A stretch of 56,955 nucleotides of DNA from Chromera velia (Eukaryota), in assembly GCA_018398765.1 (NCBI GenBank), contig JAHBMJ010000129.1:1-56955 (forward strand). Direction: 5' to 3'. Positions within the stretch are counted from its first letter, which is position 1; the number at the start of each line of letters is the position of its first letter. Shown in pieces: positions 49,935-56,955 of this stretch. The notes beneath the pieces were generated by a model that was not told the DNA's origin, ran no database searches, and saw only the letters and a list, made by a program, of their open reading frames with translations. The position numbers and the translations under genes are program-made.

Positions 49935-52900
49935 TGTTATAAGTATTACTACAAACGAATAACGAGGCTCATAAACTTAAGACAGAGAAATCTACCAGTT
50001 CAGTCTTAGTCTGTTCACTTCGTGCATTGAAGACTCCCATAACAATCTCGCTGTGACGTCATCAAACAAGACTGCTACATGATAGCATGCAACCTTTCTA
50101 ATTTTAGTGGTAGCTAGGCATAGGGCGCGGTCCCATAACTAGGCTTTGAGGCCGGGCCGCGCGCACTACGTGCTATCCACAAAATTTAAAGTGCGCCCGC
50201 GCCACCACTACTTCATACAAGTGCTACAAATGCCCGCCCCTAAGAAACGTGTACCCACACACGTTCATTAAAATGGACACTTCTCTTTGAAAGCCATGTC
50301 AAGTCGGTCATTCACCTCGCCTCAATCAGTCAGTCTGACTCGATCCAGGGACCTCGACAAAAGAACGAAAAGAGAGATGCCATTCGATCAACCGATCAAT
50401 CGCGAACACATCAATAGACACAATGTTCGATCGATTTATGTGCAACGAAAGCATGATACACGAAGACACTAGCATGCTACGCGCACGCTTTCTTTATAGT
50501 CCAGACTTGAATGCACTTCTTTTCAATCTGCTCCATCTTGTTCTTCTTATTTTTCTCTCCATCTCTCTATTTTCCCCTCATAGACTCACGCATAGTATGT
50601 TGCGCACCACATGCAGAGAATCAGATGAAGGGAAAAAAGAAATTTGAAGAAGATCAAAAATATTCAGAGTAAAGAACGTCACACAGTGTGTTGTCTGCTT
50701 AACACACACAAAGCGCTTTTCTCTTTCTTTCCTTCTTCTGCCCCTTTTCAAACACAGACTATCACTTCCTTGCTTGCTTCTTCTTGAAGTCCTAGATAGC
50801 AGCTTGTGCCCTCTTGAGATTTGCTGCCGGCTCCCAAGACGCGTTTTCCTCTGTATCTCCTCTCTAGTGCACCAAGTAGTAAACCTGTCGCCCCTCTCTT
50901 CTCTTGTCGATCACCTTAAATAAGTTTTCTACTTTATACTCCTTCTTCTCAAAACCTGGTAAACGCACAGATGACGGGCTCCGCTCTCCCTCTTTGAACT
51001 CATATCGCTTCAGAAATGAGACGTGCAGGACTGGATGCCTTCGAATTCTTTCGGAGAAGACGAGCTCATATACGCCACTTCTCCCACTCTGCGCTTAATC
51101 TCAAACGGTCCATAAAACATGGCCGCCAACTTTCTCTTCTCCCCCCCTAGAAGTTTTTCCCCCTAGAAAAATTTCCAGTGCACAAGCACCCAATCTCCCT
51201 TCTTGAAGATTTCCTCTCTCCTCTTTAGATTCACAAGTCGGGCCGCTCTCTCTCTGGCTTGATTCAGTCGGTCCTTCATCTCCTGAAGGATCGCTATCCT
51301 GTCCTTCCATATGTCACTTGCCTGCTTCGATGCGTGATGGGGGTTCAGGAGAGCCGAGAAAGTTCGAGGCTGTCTGTGGCCACCCCCACAGGCTACCTAA
51401 TAAGGAGCATGACCGAGCGAAGGTGCACGCTCGTTCTGTAGGCAAACTGCATCTCCTTCAAATGTTCCACCCAATCCTCCTAATGATCCGCTACAAAACA
51501 CCGAAGCATCTGCTTAATCGTTCTGTTGTCTCTCTCCGTTTGGCCATCTGGCAGTGTCTGTGGGTGTGCAGAGGTAGAAAAGAGAAGCTTCATATCTGTG
51601 AGGAAGTGGAGTGTCTGCCAGAAAGCAGAAAGAAAATGCGAGCCTCGATCAGAGACGATTAACTTTGAAAGTCCGTGTTCATACACCACTTCATCATAGA
51701 ACAGCTTCGCCGTCTCCACTGCACCCGCTTCTTTCCTGGTGGGCAAGAACCATACGTACTTGCTAAGTCGATAAACAACTGTCAGGATCATGGCATCCAC
51801 TGTCATCCCTCTGAAGTCCATCGGAGGAAGAGCAGTGATCCAATCCATCAATAAGTCGTCAAACACATCGTCTGAAAGCAGGAAAGGTTGCAAAAAACCA
51901 GCAAGCTTCTGATTTGAATGCTTGCTCCACTGATAGGAGTCGCATGACCTCACGTACTTTTGAACAGAAGCCAGTATGTGCGGCCAAAAGGACCTCTCAA
52001 TCAGTCGAGCATGTGTTTTGTCGACCTCCAAATACTCATACAGTCGGCCGTCATGATGCTCATGAATCATCTTCCTCTGGAGCTCTTTTATTGGAATCGC
52101 GAGACGCTCATCCCAGTACAGAAGTCCATTCCACAAACTGAAGTGTGCAAGTCGCATGCGAAGGTGTGGTACGGGAGGGCGGGAGGGTCTTGGGTCCGAC
52201 AAAAAGGGCAGACGAGGGTAGGAGCTCCGAAAAGAAAGAATCCTGAGCATACGCTGACCTGATCTGCGATAAAATTTCTTCATCTGGTCTCATTTCCACC
52301 ATTATTCTGACTGTTTCTCTCTCACTTTCTTCTTGTGTCTCAGACCTCATAGGTCGTTGAGAGAGAGCATCAGCCACGACATTCTTCACACCCGAAAGAT
52401 ATAAAGGTGTAATGCCAAGACCATCAAAAAAAAGAATCCATCTCCTCAATCGGTCAGGTGCACCCACCAACACTATTCCTGAGTTGATTATCTTCAGGCT
52501 CTCATGATCCGACCAAACCTTAGTAGTGTGACTGAATCATAGATATAAGGGCGAAATGCCTTCACACCAAAGACCACTACCAGAAGTTCCTTCTTTCAGA
52601 TTGGGTAGTTAAGCTCAGCAGCTGTAAGCTTCCAAGAAGCAAGGGAGACGACGCGCAGTCCCGCTGCTCTCGGATCTTCCTGTATCAAAACAGCTGCCAA
52701 AGTCGTCCCAGTAGCATCTGTGAACAACTCAAAAGGATAAAGAGGATCAGGCACATAGAGGGTAATCACATCAGCCACCTTCTTTTTCAGTAGAACAAAC
52801 GCTGTCTGCTGAGGATCCGTCTACTCAAACTGAATGTCCTTTTTCAGTAGAGTGGTGAGAAGAGCCAAAATCGCACTGTATCCAAAAATAAAGCGTCAGA

Positions 52901-53575
52901 ACCAGTTGCAAAGCCCAAAAAATACTCTCAACTCATGTTTGTCTCAAGGCACAGGCCACTTCTGCACTTTGTTTGTTTTCTCCTTCTCCGGCCTCACTCC
53001 GTTCTGTGAGATCTCATACCCAATGTACACCGTCTGCGGCACAAAAAATTCGTACTTCACAATCTTTGTGTAGTATTTATGCTTCCTCAACTAAGAGAGA
53101 ACGTCAGTCAGGTCTCTCTCGTGTTCTTTCTTGTTGCGCAAATAGATCAAAATGTTGTCGATCCAAGTGAAAGCACACCTGTCAAGCAACGGACAAAGAA
53201 CAACCTGCACTGCCCGCTGGCTTGTCGACGGAGCGTTGCACATCCCAAAGCTCATTACAAGCCACTCCAAATTTTCCATACCAAGTGATGAAGGCAGTCT
53301 TCGGAATGTCCACCTCTTGCACTCGAATCTTATAAAAGAATTATTGAAGGTCGAGTCGAGAGAAGATACGCGTTCTGTGAATTTGATCAAGCAGCTCCTC
53401 TGCAAAGGGCAATGCATGTTTATCTTTGATTGTCAGAGAGTTCAAGGCTCTGTAGTCAATGCACATTCGCAGAGTCCCGTCTCTCTTAGCAACAAAGAAA
53501 GCAAGAGCAGCATACGGAGAAACGGAGGGTCGAATGAATCCTTTCTTGAGATAGTTATCCAAACTGACTGTACTG
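49935..53575 (-). mobile_element. 5'-truncated chromovirus-type Ty3/gypsy element (element 3, relative of element 2)
   Basis: Decayed RT (53341-53562), RNase H (52596-52778), integrase (51480-52283) and chromodomain (~50780-50945). The PPT/LTR junction ctaca-aatgcccgcccct at 50224-50241 matches that of element 2. The LTR left edge at 49935 is tentative. No gag or 5' LTR. Confidence 0.85.
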
Positions 53576-54117
53576 ATAATTGAAACTTTTGTACTGGAAA
53601 GTGACTTTGAAAAATTTAGTTTTTAAAACATTAAAATAGATAGTTTAACCTTTAAACTAATTGATTTTTATAATTTATTTAAGACTGTTTAAGCTTAATA
53701 AGATGTTTAAAAAATAAAATAAAAAAATGTGTATGTAGAGTATATATTTTTTCAAAACTATAAATTGTCTGGTACCTATCATGATCGTAAATTAACATAA
53801 ATTAACGCTAAGACAAAAACACAATAAGAAATCCATCTGAATGGCTCGGAATTGATCCGATTGAAACATTTCTTTTCATGATCATAACTGTTTTGTTTTT
53901 GATTCATATGAGGCATTGCTCAACGGCGGGCGTGTCAGGGGTAGGGGGGGGGGGGGGGGGGCATTTCAGTATATATTAAACATGCATACCCGTGAACGCT
54001 ACCTGCAGAAATACGTGCACATAAACAGAAAGTCAGTCGAATCGCCAGAATACATATAAAAGCATGTATACAAACACAACCTGTATCTTTAATTTGCATC
54101 AGAATGATAGATGAAAG

Positions 54118-54857
54118 CAGGAAGACCAAAATTGAGAAAACAATCGGACGGGCAGGAAGGCCGAAATCGGGAAAGCAATCAAGCGGGCAGGAAAGCTAAA
54201 ATTGGAAGGCAGTCAGGCTGCCAGGAAGACCAAAATTAAAAGGCAGGCATGTGGGCAGAAAGAACGAACTTTGGAAGGCAGTCAGACACACAAAAAAGCC
54301 AAACTTGGGAAGACAGTCAGGCCAGCAGGAAAAACAAAATTGAGAAAGCCATCGAGCAAGCAGGATGACCGAAATTAAGAGGCGTTAGGAGAAAACTTGG
54401 GCGGGAAAGAAGACCAAAATAGGGAAAGCAATCAGGCAGGCAGGAAAACCGAAATTAGGAAGGCAACCAGACAGGCAAGAAGGCCAAAATTGTGAAGTCA
54501 GTCAGGCAGACAGAAAGGCCAAAATTTAAAAAGCATTGAGGCAGACAGAAAAACCAAAATTTGGAGGGCAGTCAGGCAGGTAAGAAGGCCGAAATCGGAA
54601 AGCAGTCAGCATGGCAAGAATATAAAACTCTAGAAAGCAGTCAGGCAGGCAAGAAGGCCGAAACTAGGAAGGCAATCGGGCAGGCAGAAAGACCAAAATT
54701 GAGAGCACGGCAAAGACCGTAATTAGGAAGGCAATAAGGCGGGCGGAAAGGCCAAAATTGGGAAAACATTTAGCCAGACAGAAAGGCTGAAAGCTAGAGG
54801 GCAGTCAAGCAGGCAAGAAGCCTTAGGGCAAAATTTCGGAGGCAGTCAGGCCGGTAA
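54118..54857. repeat. Degenerate ~35-bp minisatellite (~21 units)
   Basis: Consensus approximately caggaaggccaaaattgggaaggcagtcaggcagg. Confidence 0.85.
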
Positions 54858-55223
54858 AAAAAAACACAGGCTCGGCACGTATAGGCGCTGCTCCCTTTCG
54901 CAGTTTAAAGACTGCGGCCGCAACAAAGATGTAAAGACCTACCTCTAGCGGAGTTGAAAAAAGCCTGGGGCCTAGAACAAACATCTCCTAAATGAGACCA
55001 ACGACCTGTAAAGAGTAGAGAAGGGGGGAAGGGGTGAGCTACACACGCAAAGGGAGACGGTAGTTTTTTGCCTTGCTAAGGGCAGACCGGTCAGTCGCTC
55101 AGCAACCATAATGGCCAGGTTGCAACCATACAGGAACACTTACAGACATCGTACAAAGCCTTTTGCATGCACCAAAAAGGCTCATCTCTGCAAACAAGAT
55201 TTTTTCAATTCCTTCACTGGGAG

Positions 55224-55462
55224 GGGGGGGTGGACCCTCTCGTAGGGGTACGAAACGACCGAATTTCATACCCCTGCTGGCAGGGGGGGGTCCGACCTGC
55301 TCTGTAGGTTTGCATCCAAAATGTGTCTAGGAAACACTCCTAGACACAGTGTTTCCTAGACACATTTTTGGCGCAAACCTACAGAGCAGGTCGGACCCCC
55401 CCCTTCTACCAAGGGTACGAAACTCGGTCGTTTCGTACCCCTGCGAGAGGGTCCACCCCCCC
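55224..55462. mobile_element. GC-rich foldback (long hairpin) element
   Basis: Arms 55224-55338 and 55348-55462 are near-perfect reverse complements with a 9-nt loop. A further partial copy lies at ~55605-55685. Confidence 0.75.
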
Positions 55463-55685
55463 TTGTTGCTGGTGGAACGACACAAAACGAACTGACCTGA
55501 TTGAGTGATCCAAACCAGTTTGGCAACCCTTTTAGTTGTTGTACAACTCCTTTGCACCGAGGCAACCACTCCCACGAGCAACCAGAGGTGTCCAGCCAAC
55601 ACAGATTTGCGTTCAAAATGTGTCTAGGAGTGTTTCCTCGACACATTTTGGACGCAAACCTACAGAGCAGGTCGGACCTCCCCCC

Positions 55686-56955
55686 TGAAAGACCCTAAAA
55701 GCCACTAGATCTTCTCAACTAGAAGCTTATCATTAGAGTCTCTTAAGATCTTCTTACAGGGAAAGACTAAAGGACGGGATGCATTGCATATTCCCGTTCC
55801 TTTCATTGTTCAGCCGTTTCATCTCATCACGTTTTATGAGCATGCTACTATTGATTGCAATTAATTCAAATTGCATGAAGAAGCATGCACATGCATGCAT
55901 GCAGCTCGGCATGGCTCATCAATCTATAAGGCGGCGCGTATGGCGGCGGGCACTTCAGGCATGGCGGCTCAACAATCACCCCCTGACTGAGGCACAGACG
56001 AAGGAACAAATACAGAGCCGTCTGTCTACCCACAACGCCGACTGACTCTCATGTACATGCTCGATCGCTTCACAAAGTCAATCTTCTTAACACGTGCTCC
56101 TGCTTTCTCTTTCTTCACAACTTTCGCAGTGGAAGGAACGTTACCATTGCAGCGCTCTAACATGAGCTTGGTCTGTCTATCTGCCTTCATGTCACTAGTC
56201 CTGCACCAGTATACACGGGAACGCAGACGACGCAATTCCTGCCTGACATAAGCAAGAAGACCATTCATAGCGGGCTCTGNTTCACCTTCTTCCACGAGGA
56301 AGACGACACGACAGAGGAAGAATCAGAGGACTCAGACTCGCTGGAAGAGTCCGAGTCATCAGAAGAGTCCGAATCGTTGCTCGGCACAGCAACAGAAACC
56401 TTCTGCCGTCTCTTGTTCTTTCCGGACTTCTTCTTTTCCAAAATCTTTTCTACGATCTCGTCAATCTTTTCTTCTAATTTCTTCTCAAGAAGGGAATCGA
56501 GTTTGGAATCGAGAGTCACTGCGCTGCTGCTTGACTGTGCAGCTGCAGCTTCTTCTTGGGCCTTCTTCTTGGCCTCTTCCTTTTCCTTTCTCCTCTGAGC
56601 TCTCGTCCGGACCATCTTGAAAAATCCAGAGAGAGAGAAAGAGAAAAGAGCAATCAGATCGGACACACTGACTGAAAGACCCTAAAAGCCTCTAGATCTT
56701 CTCAACTAGAAGCTTATCATTAGAGTCTCTTAAGATCTTCTTACAGGGAAAGACTGAAGGACGGGATGCATTGCATATTCCCGTTCCTTTCATTGTTCAG
56801 CCGTTTCATCTCATCACGTTTTATGAGCATGCTACTATTGATTGCAATTAATTCAAATTGCATGAAGAAGCATGCACATGCATGCATGCAGCTCGGCATA
56901 GCTCATCAATCTATAAGGCGGCGCGCATGGCGGTGGGCACTTCAGGCATGGCGGC
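55686..56955 (-). mobile_element. Ty1/copia LTR element, internal region apparently collapsed at assembly N (56280)
   Basis: LTRs at 55686-55974 (TGAAA...CAACA) and 56673 to the window end, with 5 differences. PPT GGGGGGTGAT. Gag-like N-terminus MVRTRAQRR on one side of the N and copia RNase H end VYWCRTSDMKADRQTKLM on the other. Confidence 0.8.

Noticed and set aside
54118..54857. CRISPR array (also considered for 33992-34195)
   Set aside because: The units are degenerate tandem repeats without unique spacers, there are no cas genes, and the context is eukaryotic.
55686..56955. TRIM-like miniature LTR element with a ~700-bp interior
   Set aside because: An N at 56280 joins a gag start to a copia RNase H end, so a collapsed assembly gap is more likely than a real mini-element.

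Overview
Eukaryotic, intron-rich, microsatellite-rich genomic DNA. The style suggests a chromerid alveolate such as Chromera, but this is inference only. Host genes: a 12-exon TTI1 (TELO2-interacting protein 1) homologue (12282-21641, +), a spliced, probably secreted protein with a repeated helical motif (23580-~28193, +), and an LRR pseudogene (-). Most of the rest is decayed transposons: a copia RNase H remnant at the left edge, two full-length Ty3/gypsy elements with paired LTRs and TSDs (4791-11720 and 41154-47520), a 5'-truncated chromovirus (~49935-53575), a copia element collapsed around an assembly N (55686-end), and two foldback elements. Two highlights. (1) A ~5.0 kb TIR transposon (30484-35470, 4-bp TSD) inserted into the LRR gene. 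It carries a decayed RAG1/Transib/Chapaev-type transposase plus a second, convergent ORF. (2) A near-pure transition, CpA->TpA-skewed mutation spectrum between paired LTRs and in nonsense codons, resembling fungal RIP.
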